Below are positions 36,703 through 46,837 of a DNA stretch of 64,000 bases, piece by piece (position 1 is the stretch's first letter; each line of letters begins with the position of its first letter). The stretch lies in the NCBI GenBank assembly GCA_048884965.1, contig JBHLQH010000019.1, positions 314 through 64,313 on the forward strand, written 5' to 3'. The position numbers were made by a program, and so were the translations under genes. The DNA is from Candidatus Thorarchaeota archaeon. Lineage in GTDB: Archaea > Asgardarchaeota > Thorarchaeia > Thorarchaeales > Thorarchaeaceae. The notes below the pieces were generated by a model, which was not told the DNA's origin, made no database searches, and saw only the letters and a list, made by a program, of their open reading frames with translations.

Positions 36703-38100
36703 ATGTGTGGAGTTCTAGGAATTCTCGGAAACTATCCGATCCGAGCATCAAGAGATTTACTGCTGCTCCTTACTCATCGAGGTCAAGATGCTTCAGGGCT
36801 TCTCTGGTCTGGAGAAGAAGGATTTGTCTCTAGTAAGACAATGGGCAGTCCATCAGTAATTGAAGTACCTGAGAGTGAAAGCAGTATCATAATCGGCAGC
36901 ACAAGGTATCCCACTTCTGGAAAGAAGGTAGCCACAGAGGACGATTTGAGAACCTTTGTTGGTCCGTTCTGTTCAGCAACACTTGCTCTCACACATAATG
37001 GAAATATTACAAACATGGGACAGGTTTCTGAGAAGCAATACGATTGTGATTCTGAATTCATAACGGATAGGCTTGCACGTCATCTATCAGAGAACAACAA
37101 TGATCTAGCAAAGGCATTCAGATTGATTGACAAGGAAATCGACGGAGCATACAGCCTGATTGGAATCCATGGAGAAAGAATGTTCGCATATCGTGATTCA
37201 AGAGGATTCAAACCTCTTGTGTTTGGACGAACAGCGGATCATACCTTCGTTGCTTCAGAGAGCACTGTTCTTGATATGGCAGGAGCCAATTTGGAACGCG
37301 ATGTATATCCTGGCGAGTTATTGATTTTTAATCCAGATATGTCGATGGAGTCCCATTCAATCTCTCAAGGTAAGTCACACTCACATTGCTTTTTCGAGTA
37401 CGTTTACTTTGCCCACCCTGCAGCAACGATGGAAAGTCATCTGGTGTATGACACTCGATTTCGCTTGGGAAGATCTCTAGCAAATAAATTCAAGAAAATG
37501 GGACTCGAATTGCCAGATTATGTCGTTCCAGTACCCGATACAAGTAGACCCTCAGCCCAAGCTCTTGCAGAAGAGCTTGGTGTCCCCATGAGAGAGATTA
37601 TTCTAAAGAATCGGTATCTTGGTCGGACATTCATCGCGAGATCACAAGAAGAACGCGATGCAATGGCAAAATCGAAGTATATCTATCTTGAAGATAAAAT
37701 TCGAGGAAAGAGCATCCTCGTCGTAGATGATAGTATCGTCAGAGGGACCACTGCAAAGATGATTGTCGCAGATCTTAGAAAGAGAGGTGCCCAGACAGTC
37801 TATTTTGCTGCGACTTGTCCGCCACAAACACACCCGTGCTACTATGGGATTGATATTGCTACCGATAAGGAGCTCATTGCTTCCGATACTGACATCCAAG
37901 GTATTGCTGAATATATTCAAGCAGATGCTCTAATCTATCAAGACATGGTAGGTCTTGTCAACGCCATAGAGATGAAAGACCTCTGCCTTGCATGCTTGGA
38001 TGGCGATTATCCCACTGAGCATGCAAAGAGAATTCGAAGAAGCATCGAGGAGAATGGTGCGTCTGTAGATGGCAGGGACTATGAGAGGTCACTAGAATGA
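36703..38100 (+). CDS. purF: Amidophosphoribosyltransferase
   Basis: ATG 36703 gives MCGVLGI (Ntn-Cys directly after Met). The ORF track starts at GTG 36691. The PRPP loop is VVDDSIVRGTT, and PCYYGID is also present. Confidence 0.9.
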   Translation: MCGVLGILGNYPIRASRDLLLLLTHRGQDASGLLWSGEEGFVSSKTMGSPSVIEVPESESSIIIGSTRYPTSGKKVATEDDLRTFVGPFCSATLALTHNGNITNMGQVSEKQYDCDSEFITDRLARHLSENNNDLAKAFRLIDKEIDGAYSLIGIHGERMFAYRDSRGFKPLVFGRTADHTFVASESTVLDMAGANLERDVYPGELLIFNPDMSMESHSISQGKSHSHCFFEYVYFAHPAATMESHLVYDTRFRLGRSLANKFKKMGLELPDYVVPVPDTSRPSAQALAEELGVPMREIILKNRYLGRTFIARSQEERDAMAKSKYIYLEDKIRGKSILVVDDSIVRGTTAKMIVADLRKRGAQTVYFAATCPPQTHPCYYGIDIATDKELIASDTDIQGIAEYIQADALIYQDMVGLVNAIEMKDLCLACLDGDYPTEHAKRIRRSIEENGASVDGRDYERSLE

Positions 38101-39050
38101 AGATTGGAACAATAGCAAGCCATAGCGCGTTGAATATCATTGCAGGAGCAAAGGCAGAGGGTTTTGAAACTGTACTTGTGTCAACTCCTGATAGAACTGA
38201 GTTCTACAGGTCATTCAATTTGGATGGAGTAATAGTAGAAGTCGATGCATTTTCAGAGATTCTTGATTTAGACTTGGAGGATGTAATTTGGATCCCACAT
38301 GGTTCCTTTGTTGCCTATATAGGAGCTGAGAAGATACTGGAGTCTACATTGCCACTCTTTGGTAACAAACAGTTACTGAGATGGGAAGAGGATCGCCAAT
38401 TAAAATCAAAGCTGCTTAGGGAGGGAGGATGGAATGTGCCTCATGAGTTTGCATCCGTGGAAGAAGTAGACCGACCAGTCATTGTGAAGACCTATGGAGC
38501 CGCTGGAGGTGAAGGTTATTTTATTGCAAAGGACAAGGAGGAAATCCATAGGAAACTGGACCCCGAGAAGCAATATTCGATACAGGAGTATGTCGTTGGT
38601 ACAAAAGTATTCGTGACCTACTTCAATTCTCTTGCTCGACACCGATTAGAAGTATTTGGAGCAGATATCAGATATGAAACAGATGCTGACGCGAATCTCA
38701 GATTTGATGATAGACCCTCCTTCGTTGTGATTGGGAATCTACCAATGGTTCTCAGAGAATCCACGCTGCACCAGTATTACGAACTTGGAAAGACCTTTGT
38801 TGAGGGATTCGAAAAACTTACGGGTCAGAAGCTACCCGGAGCTTTCTGTATAGAGACAATCATTGATAGGAACCAGAGAATCTGCGCCTTCGAATTTAGT
38901 GGACGTATTGTCGCAGGGACTAATGTTTGGATACCCTCCTCACCTTATTCATACCTTCAGTTCGGAGAGCAAATGTGGATGGGGAGGAGGATTGCACGCG
39001 AAATAAAAGAACTCAAAGGGGAGGATAGGCTTAATGAAGCGATACTATAG
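38097..39050 (+). CDS. purP: 5-formaminoimidazole-4-carboxamide ribonucleotide (FAICAR) synthetase, archaeal PurP family
   Basis: MKIGTIASHSALNIIAGAKAEGFETVLV and the ATP-grasp layout match the PurP family as I recall it. Its start overlaps the purF stop (ATGA). Confidence 0.75.
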   Translation: MKIGTIASHSALNIIAGAKAEGFETVLVSTPDRTEFYRSFNLDGVIVEVDAFSEILDLDLEDVIWIPHGSFVAYIGAEKILESTLPLFGNKQLLRWEEDRQLKSKLLREGGWNVPHEFASVEEVDRPVIVKTYGAAGGEGYFIAKDKEEIHRKLDPEKQYSIQEYVVGTKVFVTYFNSLARHRLEVFGADIRYETDADANLRFDDRPSFVVIGNLPMVLRESTLHQYYELGKTFVEGFEKLTGQKLPGAFCIETIIDRNQRICAFEFSGRIVAGTNVWIPSSPYSYLQFGEQMWMGRRIAREIKELKGEDRLNEAIL

Positions 39051-39122
39051 CAAGACTTACAAAGCCACTTCTTACCCCAGCCATCTCGTAGATGAACGGG
39101 TGTTCGGTCTTGAGGAGATGAT

Positions 39123-40196
39123 ATGACGAAGCCTACGATTGGGATGCTTGGGTCCCACAGTGCAGAGGAGATAGCAGTTTCAGCCAAGTCACATGGTTTT
39201 GCCACTGCTGTCGTCTGTCAGAAGGGGCGAGAGAAGCTATATTCTGTATACAACAAGCATCTCTTTGATGACATACTCATTCTCGATAGTTTTAGAGACA
39301 TATTGCTCGATGAGAACCAGCAATTTCTCAAAGACCTAGATACCCTTTGGATGCCAAATCGCTCGTTCAGCGTATATGTTGGCTATGATAACATTGAGAA
39401 GAACTTTGAGCTTCCAATGTATGGAAATCGGAACATATTGCGTGTTGAGGAACGAGGATTTCCAAGGGATCAATATTGGCTCCTAGAGGAGTCAGGCGTA
39501 CGTATTCCAAAATCATACCAGCCCAATGAAATCGATACCCTCGTAATCGTTAAGGTGCAACAAAAGGACAATCCATTAGAGAGAGCATTCTTCTATGCCA
39601 CATCTCCGAATGACTATGACAATATCTCACAATCAATGATTGCTAGCGGAACAATTCGTGAAGAAGATCTAAATGATGCCACTATCGAGGAGTTCGTTAT
39701 TGCACCACGTTTCAATGCGAATTTCCAAGCATATGGCTTGAATGATGTGTTTGGAGATCTTGATTTCGTTGGATTTGATGATCGAGTTCAGACGAATCTT
39801 GGCGGTTTGCTCAATCTACCTGCAAAGGATCAGCTAACCCTTGATTTTATTCCCATGAATGAAGAGGTTGGTCATAAAGGTGTGACCATGCGAGAGAGCA
39901 AGAAACCTCTTGTGTATACTGCAGCAGAACAATTCATCTCCGGTGTGAAGAAGCACTTCCCTCCCAAGATGATTGGACTATTCTCTCTACAAGGAGCACT
40001 TACGGAGAGATCGGAATTCATCGTTTTTGATCTTAGTCCTAGAGTCCCAGGTGCTCCATGTGTTGGCCCCACAAGTCCAGAGATGAGGCGACTCAGTCTC
40101 AAAATGAAACGACCAGTTGAATCGCCTTTAGACTTGTGTATGATAGAGATAGACAAAGCGGTTCAGGACAAGCGTCTTGATGAAATCACTACTTGA
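39123..40196 (+). CDS. Second PurP-family ATP-grasp paralogue
   Basis: TIGMLGSHSAEEIAVSAKSHGFATAVVC parallels the N-terminus of the upstream PurP. GGAG lies 7 nt upstream. At 357 aa it is longer than the first copy (317 aa). Confidence 0.7.
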   Translation: MTKPTIGMLGSHSAEEIAVSAKSHGFATAVVCQKGREKLYSVYNKHLFDDILILDSFRDILLDENQQFLKDLDTLWMPNRSFSVYVGYDNIEKNFELPMYGNRNILRVEERGFPRDQYWLLEESGVRIPKSYQPNEIDTLVIVKVQQKDNPLERAFFYATSPNDYDNISQSMIASGTIREEDLNDATIEEFVIAPRFNANFQAYGLNDVFGDLDFVGFDDRVQTNLGGLLNLPAKDQLTLDFIPMNEEVGHKGVTMRESKKPLVYTAAEQFISGVKKHFPPKMIGLFSLQGALTERSEFIVFDLSPRVPGAPCVGPTSPEMRRLSLKMKRPVESPLDLCMIEIDKAVQDKRLDEITT

Positions 40197-40226
40197 TGAA
40201 ATTGAAATGAATGAGGAACGTGGAAA

Positions 40227-41195
40227 ATGGATCTAGTTCATGAAGGTAAAGCAAAGAAAGTCTTCCGTGACGAGGCATCATCTGATAATGTCATTATTGA
40301 ATTCACAGACAATGTGACTGCTGGTGATGGAGAGAAGCATGATGTTATTGCAGGGAAAGGTAAGCTTGCATGCGATTTGAGTGATTTCTTCCTTCGATTT
40401 CTAAGTGCGAAGGGAATTGACACCCACTATATCAAGAGGATGAATGAAACAAGCTTGCGATGCAAATTGGTCACAATATTACCCTTGGAGGTTGTCTGCA
40501 GGAATATTGCGGCTGGTTCTTTTTGTAGAAGATATGGCATAGAAAAAGGGACTGCTCTGGCTTCACCACTTATAGAATTCTTCCTCAAAGATGATTCCTT
40601 ACACGATCCTCTGATATCAAGCGATGCGGCAATTCGACTAAAGCTGGTAACACAGGTGGAGCTTGAATTCATGAAATCTGTTGCATTGTCAGTCAATCAC
40701 TATTTATCTGAACTTCTGAAACAGGTTAATCTCACTCTAGTCGATTTCAAGCTAGAATTCGGTAAAACATCGAAAGGGACCATCCTTCTAGCAGATGAGA
40801 TTTCCGGGGACACAATTCGTGTATGGAATGAGAAAGGCGAGTCCTATGACAAAGACCTCTATCGCAAAGGTGAAGGGGACATCACCGTGGCATATTCATA
40901 CCTGCTCGGAGAGCTCAACAAAACCAAACAGAATGACATCAAAATCAGAAACGAGATACTTCACGTTATGATAATGCCAAAGGATGGTATAAAGAATCCA
41001 CCTGGAGAAGTAACGAAGACGGCTCTAGTGCGTTTGGGATTCTCCTATCCAAACATTGTGCGAGTTGGTAAGATGTTTGAGATTCAGATAAACCATCCAA
41101 TCACCTCTGAGATTCTCAATCAGCTTACTCTCATGAACATGAAGCTCCTTTCCAATCCAATCGCAGAAAAGCACGAAGTGAGGCTGGATATGTGA
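40227..41195 (+). CDS. purC: SAICAR synthetase fused to a PurS-like C-terminal domain
   Basis: The PurC part contains HEGKAKKVF, LPLEVVCRNIAAGS, and LLADEISGDTIRVW. The C-terminal ~85 aa (nt ~40950-41192) are VMIMPKDGIKNPPGEVTKTALVRLGF..VRVGKMFEIQI..LLSNPIAEKHEV, which is the PurS pattern. Confidence 0.8.
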   Translation: MDLVHEGKAKKVFRDEASSDNVIIEFTDNVTAGDGEKHDVIAGKGKLACDLSDFFLRFLSAKGIDTHYIKRMNETSLRCKLVTILPLEVVCRNIAAGSFCRRYGIEKGTALASPLIEFFLKDDSLHDPLISSDAAIRLKLVTQVELEFMKSVALSVNHYLSELLKQVNLTLVDFKLEFGKTSKGTILLADEISGDTIRVWNEKGESYDKDLYRKGEGDITVAYSYLLGELNKTKQNDIKIRNEILHVMIMPKDGIKNPPGEVTKTALVRLGFSYPNIVRVGKMFEIQINHPITSEILNQLTLMNMKLLSNPIAEKHEVRLDM

Positions 41196-41890
41196 CGATA
41201 GCTGTTATCAGATTCCCTGGAACAAACAACGAGAATGATATTCTCAGAGCGTTAGGTACAATTCCAGGTGCGGATCCCTACCTCGTTCCAAGTCGAGCTG
41301 GAGCAAAGGCATTGAAGGGAGCTGAGGGTATTGTGATTCCAGGAGGCTTTTCCTATGGGGACTATCTACGAGCAGGAGCAGTCGCTTCTGTTGGGGATAT
41401 TCTTGATGGTGTTCGCGAAATCGCAGGAGGAGGCAAGCCAGTTCTGGGGATATGTAACGGATTCCAGATTCTCGCAGAAGCAGGATTACTTCCAGGAGCT
41501 CTACTACCCAATACATCTGCCCATTTCATCTGCAAATGGATCTATCTAAAAATCTGCAAGAATACTAACATATTCTCAGAAGGATTAGAAGAAGCAGTGA
41601 TTCGAATCCCAATTGCCCATGCAGAGGGTAACTACTATTGTAGTGATCAGGACCTTGAAACCTTGAAAGGTGGAGCTCGAATAGTATTCAGGTATTGTGA
41701 TTCTGAAGGAGATACGAACGATGTATCCAATCCCAATGGCTCTGTCTTCAATATCGCGGGCATCCTGAATGAGAAAGGCAACATCCTTGGCATGATGCCA
41801 CATCCTGAACGAGCATCTCGGGCAATCTTGGGCTCCTCAGATGGGCTTGGTATTCTAGAAAATTTCGTTCGAGCGACAAAGGAGGCATAG
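41192..41890 (+). CDS. purQ: FGAM synthase, glutaminase subunit (GTG start overlapping the upstream stop)
   Basis: Motifs: IAVIRFPGTNNENDI, GICNGFQIL (nucleophile Cys), MPHPER. Confidence 0.9.
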   Translation: MTIAVIRFPGTNNENDILRALGTIPGADPYLVPSRAGAKALKGAEGIVIPGGFSYGDYLRAGAVASVGDILDGVREIAGGGKPVLGICNGFQILAEAGLLPGALLPNTSAHFICKWIYLKICKNTNIFSEGLEEAVIRIPIAHAEGNYYCSDQDLETLKGGARIVFRYCDSEGDTNDVSNPNGSVFNIAGILNEKGNILGMMPHPERASRAILGSSDGLGILENFVRATKEA

Positions 41891-41894
41891 AGGC

Positions 41895-44063
41895 ATGCTG
41901 ACTAATGACGAACTCGTCTATGCAAAGAAATACCTGGGACGAGACCTCACACAAACGGAGCTCAACATGCTTGATGTTCTATGGTCTGAGCACTGCAGCT
42001 ATAAAAGTAGCAAGAGATGGTTCCATCATTTCAAGACAGAAGGTAAGAACGTATTCCTAGGAATTGGTGAAGGAGCGGGACTTGTAGACATCGGTGGAGG
42101 CTATCTAGTTGGGGTCGCGATGGAATCGCACAATCATCCAAGTCAGATTGACCCCTATAATGGTGCGGCAACGGGAGTAGGGGGGATTATTAGAGATGTC
42201 ATATCCCAAGGATGCAAGGCCGTCGGACTAATGAACTGCCTTCGATTCGGGAACCCTGCAAAGCCAAGGAATGCTTATCTCTTGGAACATGTCGTTCGTG
42301 GCATAAGCGAGTATGGCAATAGTGTTGGAATCCCAACGATTGGTGGTGAAATCGAGTTCGATGATTCTTACGATGAGAATTGCTTGGTGAACGTCGTTTG
42401 TGTCGGCGTCATCAAGCCTGAATACGTTGTCAGAAGCAGCGCACGAACTCCTGGACATCACTTGGTCATGTTCGGCTCAACAACGGGGAGAGATGGCATT
42501 GCTGGAGTCAGCTTTGCTTCCGAAACATTCTCTGATGAAGAGGAAGAAAATAGATCTGCTGTGCAAATAGGAGATCCACTTTCAAAGAAGATTGTAATCG
42601 ACACCCTCACTGAATTAGTAAAAGAAAATCTACTTGATGGACTACAAGATTTCGGAGGTGGAGGAGCTACATCTGCAGCAGGTGAGCTTGCGAAGCAAGG
42701 TGGTAATGGTGTAGAGGTACATGTAGACAAGTTCCCACTCAGAGAGTCTGATATGGAATCTCATGAGATCATCATCTCGGAATCCCAGGAACGTATGCTT
42801 GCCATTGTTGCACCGGAGAAATTAGATCGAGTACTTGAGATTCTAGCTAAGAATGAAACGCCACATGCAGTCATTGGGAAAGTTACTGAGGAGAAATTCT
42901 ATACGGTCATAGAGAGGGGTGAAGTCAAGGCAAAGCTGCCGATAGAGCTTCTTGTTGATGGATTCCCTGAGCCAGAACGTAATGTAGGAGCTCTTCCTAC
43001 AAGGAGTCCTGGTATGGGTTGGTTCCAAGAACCTGAGGACTACAGAAAGGTACTACTAGATCTTTTGGACTCGTTGAATATATGTGACAGGTCATGGGTG
43101 TATCAGCAATATGACCAACATGTTCAATCCAACACGGTTGTGGATATCGGGGAGAATGCAGGCGTTCTTGAATTCCCCACAGGCAAGCTTCTAGCCTTCA
43201 CTAGTGATTGCAATTCAACTCATTGTCTACTAGACCCGTTCCATGGAACGGCAAACTCAGCAGCCGAGTCATTGCGAAACCTTGTTGCGATGGGAGCGGC
43301 ACCCATTTTCATCGCGGACTGCCTGAATTTTGGAAACCCTGAGAGACCAGAGTCCTATGTACAATTCGTTGATGCCGTCAGAGGCCTTGGTCAATTCTCA
43401 CACGATTTTGATATTCCTATCATTGGTGGTAATGTATCACTATACAATGAAGCTATAGTAGAAGGAGAGATTCGAAGAATCAACCCAACACCACAAATTA
43501 TGATAGCTGGGATGATCCGGAATGGTGGATCTCCAGTCAGAAGAAATCTAATTACTCCTTGGGCAAATCTCTTCTTGGTTGGCGAAACACACCAAGAGCT
43601 AAATGGAACTGAGTTTCAGAAACTTCAGATTGGAGAGGTCAAGGGACTTCCGCCGCGGTATAGACCTCAAGATGAGAAGAAAGCGATGAATGCGATTCTC
43701 GAGGCACATTCAAGGGGACTCATCCGCTCCTGCAATAATCTTGGAAGAGGCGGTCTTGCAATTGGACTGATGAAAATGGTTCTGAATAGTTCCTATGGAT
43801 TCAAACTGAACATAGAAGGAGTTCCAGGAGGTGCAAGGAGCTTCGCAGAGAAGCTTTTCTCCGAGAGCGGAGGACGCTATATTGCTGAGGTCCAAGAAAC
43901 CAATCAACCAGAATTTGTATCAATAATGGAATCTGCTGGAGTCGAAACATGTGAGATTGGACTTACAGTTCAAGATCACATCGCAGACTTTGGTAAGTTC
44001 TCATTGTCAATGGAAGAAGCATACAGTGCTTTTCGGAATGGGCTTCGAAAATATATGGAGTAG
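41895..44063 (+). CDS. purL: FGAM synthase II (large subunit)
   Basis: Motifs: WSEHCSYKSSK, ESHNHPS, GGNVSLYNE. The 722-aa length is typical of small-type PurL. GGAGG lies upstream. Confidence 0.9.
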   Translation: MLTNDELVYAKKYLGRDLTQTELNMLDVLWSEHCSYKSSKRWFHHFKTEGKNVFLGIGEGAGLVDIGGGYLVGVAMESHNHPSQIDPYNGAATGVGGIIRDVISQGCKAVGLMNCLRFGNPAKPRNAYLLEHVVRGISEYGNSVGIPTIGGEIEFDDSYDENCLVNVVCVGVIKPEYVVRSSARTPGHHLVMFGSTTGRDGIAGVSFASETFSDEEEENRSAVQIGDPLSKKIVIDTLTELVKENLLDGLQDFGGGGATSAAGELAKQGGNGVEVHVDKFPLRESDMESHEIIISESQERMLAIVAPEKLDRVLEILAKNETPHAVIGKVTEEKFYTVIERGEVKAKLPIELLVDGFPEPERNVGALPTRSPGMGWFQEPEDYRKVLLDLLDSLNICDRSWVYQQYDQHVQSNTVVDIGENAGVLEFPTGKLLAFTSDCNSTHCLLDPFHGTANSAAESLRNLVAMGAAPIFIADCLNFGNPERPESYVQFVDAVRGLGQFSHDFDIPIIGGNVSLYNEAIVEGEIRRINPTPQIMIAGMIRNGGSPVRRNLITPWANLFLVGETHQELNGTEFQKLQIGEVKGLPPRYRPQDEKKAMNAILEAHSRGLIRSCNNLGRGGLAIGLMKMVLNSSYGFKLNIEGVPGGARSFAEKLFSESGGRYIAEVQETNQPEFVSIMESAGVETCEIGLTVQDHIADFGKFSLSMEEAYSAFRNGLRKYME

Positions 44064-44069
44064 AGGAAA

Positions 44070-45506
44070 ATGGCAGATGTGCTAGTCATATCAGGAAGCA
44101 AGAGCGACGAAAAGGTGATCAAGAAGACCACAGATACTCTTGACGAGTTAGGAATCGCCTACAAAGTAGAGATCGCTTCGGCTCATAGGGAACCAGAACG
44201 AGTAAAAAGAATCGTTGAGCAATCTGATGCACGAGTGATCATTGCGATTGCTGGCCTTGCCGCAGCACTACCTGGAGTAGTTGCCTCTTTCACAGATAGA
44301 CCTGTGATTGGTGTACCTGTATCAGCAGCCTTGGGAGGGTTGGATGCCCTTCTCTCAATTGTGCAGATGCCAAAAGGTGTTCCTGTAGCTACGGTGGGTA
44401 TTGATAATGGTCAGAATGCTGCTCACCTTGCTGCAAGAATCCTAAATATCCGAACTGCACCCACAGGGAAGCCTCCTGCGACCTACGCAGAAGCAGGCGT
44501 AGATGAGTATCTCGTCGGACAGGGGCTTGCAGTGCTTGGAAAATTCGTGAAGGAATCCTTCAAGTATGGAGAAGTAACCCAAGATTATGGACATTACGCT
44601 AACACAGTCAAGATCAATGATGATCTTTGTATCGCTTTGTCAACGGACGGAGTTGGTAGCAAGGTCCTCATCGCGGAGCTGGCAGGTAAGTATGATACAA
44701 TTGGGATTGATTGTGTAGCTATGAATGTGAATGACCTGATATGCATAGGGTCGATGCCAGTTGGTTTTGTAGACTATCTTGCTTCAGAGAAGCCCCTACC
44801 ACCTGATATCCTCGAACAGATAGGCAGTGGACTCCTGCAAGGTTGCAAAGAATCCGGCATCCCAATACTAGGAGGAGAAACCGCAATCCTGCCGGACATG
44901 ATTAAGGGAGCTAAAGGAATTGGTCTCGATCTTGCAGGAACAGCAGTTGGCATATCGCACCCGAGTGAGCTAGTAGATGGCAGCAAGATAGTGCCAGGAG
45001 ATGTGATTCTTGGGATAGCGTCTAATGGGATTCACTCTAATGGTTTTAGTTTGGCAAGAAAGGTCATACTCTCAAAATATAATATCGATGAAATGTTTGA
45101 ATGGGGTACAACCGTAGCGGATGAACTTCTACGTCCGACCAGGATTTATGTCGAGCACTTCAAAGCCTTGAGGAAAGCAAAGATTGATGTACGAGGGATT
45201 GCACATATCACAGGATCAGGTTTCAGAAAGATATTGCGACTTGGACCCCATAGATATAGTATCGCTGAACTTCCAGATATTCCACCCATCTTTGATCTTA
45301 TCAAAAATGTTGGGCAGATTGAATGGCAGGAGATGTTCACTACTTTCAACAATGGAATTGGACTAGTAGTCATTGTTCCACAGAGTCAACTGGGACAAGC
45401 GATAGATGTTCTACAAGGCTTGGATGATGTCTTTGAGTTGGGACATGTTGGAAAATCTGACGTGCCAAAGGTCGAACTTATACAGTATGGAGTTACGATA
45501 AAATGA
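44070..45506 (+). CDS. purE/purM: PurE (AIR carboxylase/mutase) fused to PurM (AIR synthetase)
   Basis: The N-terminal ~128 aa carry [35 protein letters not shown] and [13 protein letters not shown] linker ([12 protein letters not shown]) follows. The PurM part carries [16 protein letters not shown] and GGETAILP. Confidence 0.85.
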   Translation: MADVLVISGSKSDEKVIKKTTDTLDELGIAYKVEIASAHREPERVKRIVEQSDARVIIAIAGLAAALPGVVASFTDRPVIGVPVSAALGGLDALLSIVQMPKGVPVATVGIDNGQNAAHLAARILNIRTAPTGKPPATYAEAGVDEYLVGQGLAVLGKFVKESFKYGEVTQDYGHYANTVKINDDLCIALSTDGVGSKVLIAELAGKYDTIGIDCVAMNVNDLICIGSMPVGFVDYLASEKPLPPDILEQIGSGLLQGCKESGIPILGGETAILPDMIKGAKGIGLDLAGTAVGISHPSELVDGSKIVPGDVILGIASNGIHSNGFSLARKVILSKYNIDEMFEWGTTVADELLRPTRIYVEHFKALRKAKIDVRGIAHITGSGFRKILRLGPHRYSIAELPDIPPIFDLIKNVGQIEWQEMFTTFNNGIGLVVIVPQSQLGQAIDVLQGLDDVFELGHVGKSDVPKVELIQYGVTIK

Positions 45507-46759
45507 CACGTATCCTATTGGTAGGGAATGGGGCAAGAGAACATGCATTGGCTGCGGCTCTGACAAAAGCGGATGTTGAAATCATCGCACACATGGACAA
45601 AGTGAATCCGGGCATCGCAGCACTCGCAAAGGAAGTAAGCATCAACACATTGATGGATCCTAGGAAACTGCCAGACCTAGAAGGAATTGACTATGCAGTT
45701 ATAGGACCTGAAGCGCCGCTCTCGATCGGTATGGTGGATTATCTAGACAGCAATGGGATCGAGAGCATTGGCCCTCATCAGATTACAGCACGTATTGAGA
45801 CGAGTAAAGCATTAGCTCGAAGGGTGCTTGAGAAGGTTGCAAAGACAGCAAATCCACAATTCGAGATAATAAGGAGCATTGATGCGCTTAGAAAGTTCGA
45901 GGACAAGATAGGAGTCGAGAATCTGGTCGTCAAACCAGATGGACTAACTGGTGGAAAGGGTGTCAAAATCTTTGGAGATCACTTCAAGACTAGGGACGAG
46001 TTGGAAAAGTACGCAAAGTCGTTGTTAATTGACCATGGTATAGTAATCTTGGAAGAGAAGATGGTTGGAACTGAGTTCACCGTACAAGCTTTCTCTGATG
46101 GAAAGAGACTTGAGTCCATGCCTCTTGTACGCGATTACAAAAGAGCGTATGATGAAGACCAAGGTCCAAATACTGGGTCTATGGGTTCATACTCGAGAGA
46201 GGATCATGGACTTGGATATGTCACAGATGATGACCTTGCTATTGCAAAGGATATAATGCAAAGAACCATACTGGGTCTAAAGAAGCAAACAAGCAAAGAG
46301 TACAGAGGCATCCTCTATGGTCAATTCATGAAGACCTCCTCAGGAATCAAAGTCGTTGAATTCAATGCCAGGTTTGGAGATCCGGAGGCAATGAATGTTC
46401 TTTCGATTCTAACATCCTCCTTAGATGATGTGTTCCAGAGTATGATTGATGGAGTAGTAATCAAACCTGCCTTTGAGAAGAAAGCCACTGTCTGTGTCTA
46501 TATTGTGCCAGAGGGATATCCAGGTCCAGATGTCATAAAGGACAAGCCAATCAGTTTGGTTCCAGGCATGGAGAGTGAAGTTTACTATGCATCAGTATAT
46601 GATAAGGATGGAGTGATTCACACCACTGGAAGCCGCGCAATTGGTATACTGGCAAAAGGGGACTCAGTGCCTGAAGCAAGACGTATCGCATACAAAGATG
46701 CTGAACGAGTAAATGGAAAAATCAGATACCGTAGAGATATCGCTCAGGGAATCAACTAA
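45503..46759 (+). CDS. purD: Phosphoribosylamine-glycine ligase
   Basis: Motifs: [36 protein letters not shown]. Its start overlaps the upstream stop (ATGA). Confidence 0.9.
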   Translation: MTRILLVGNGAREHALAAALTKADVEIIAHMDKVNPGIAALAKEVSINTLMDPRKLPDLEGIDYAVIGPEAPLSIGMVDYLDSNGIESIGPHQITARIETSKALARRVLEKVAKTANPQFEIIRSIDALRKFEDKIGVENLVVKPDGLTGGKGVKIFGDHFKTRDELEKYAKSLLIDHGIVILEEKMVGTEFTVQAFSDGKRLESMPLVRDYKRAYDEDQGPNTGSMGSYSREDHGLGYVTDDDLAIAKDIMQRTILGLKKQTSKEYRGILYGQFMKTSSGIKVVEFNARFGDPEAMNVLSILTSSLDDVFQSMIDGVVIKPAFEKKATVCVYIVPEGYPGPDVIKDKPISLVPGMESEVYYASVYDKDGVIHTTGSRAIGILAKGDSVPEARRIAYKDAERVNGKIRYRRDIAQGIN

Positions 46760-46837
46760 CGGAATCACTGTCACTAGTCAACCAAGAGGTAATGGATATA
46801 AGCAAAGGTCTTGCGAAGCCAGCTCGGAGGTTCATTG

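Noticed and set aside
44250-44290. PurE segment AAALPG, where class-I PurE usually has AAHLPG; considered as evidence of an inactive PurE
   Set aside because: The key SAHR motif is intact, and I cannot verify from memory that this His is essential. It is noted inside the fusion finding but not raised as a separate claim.
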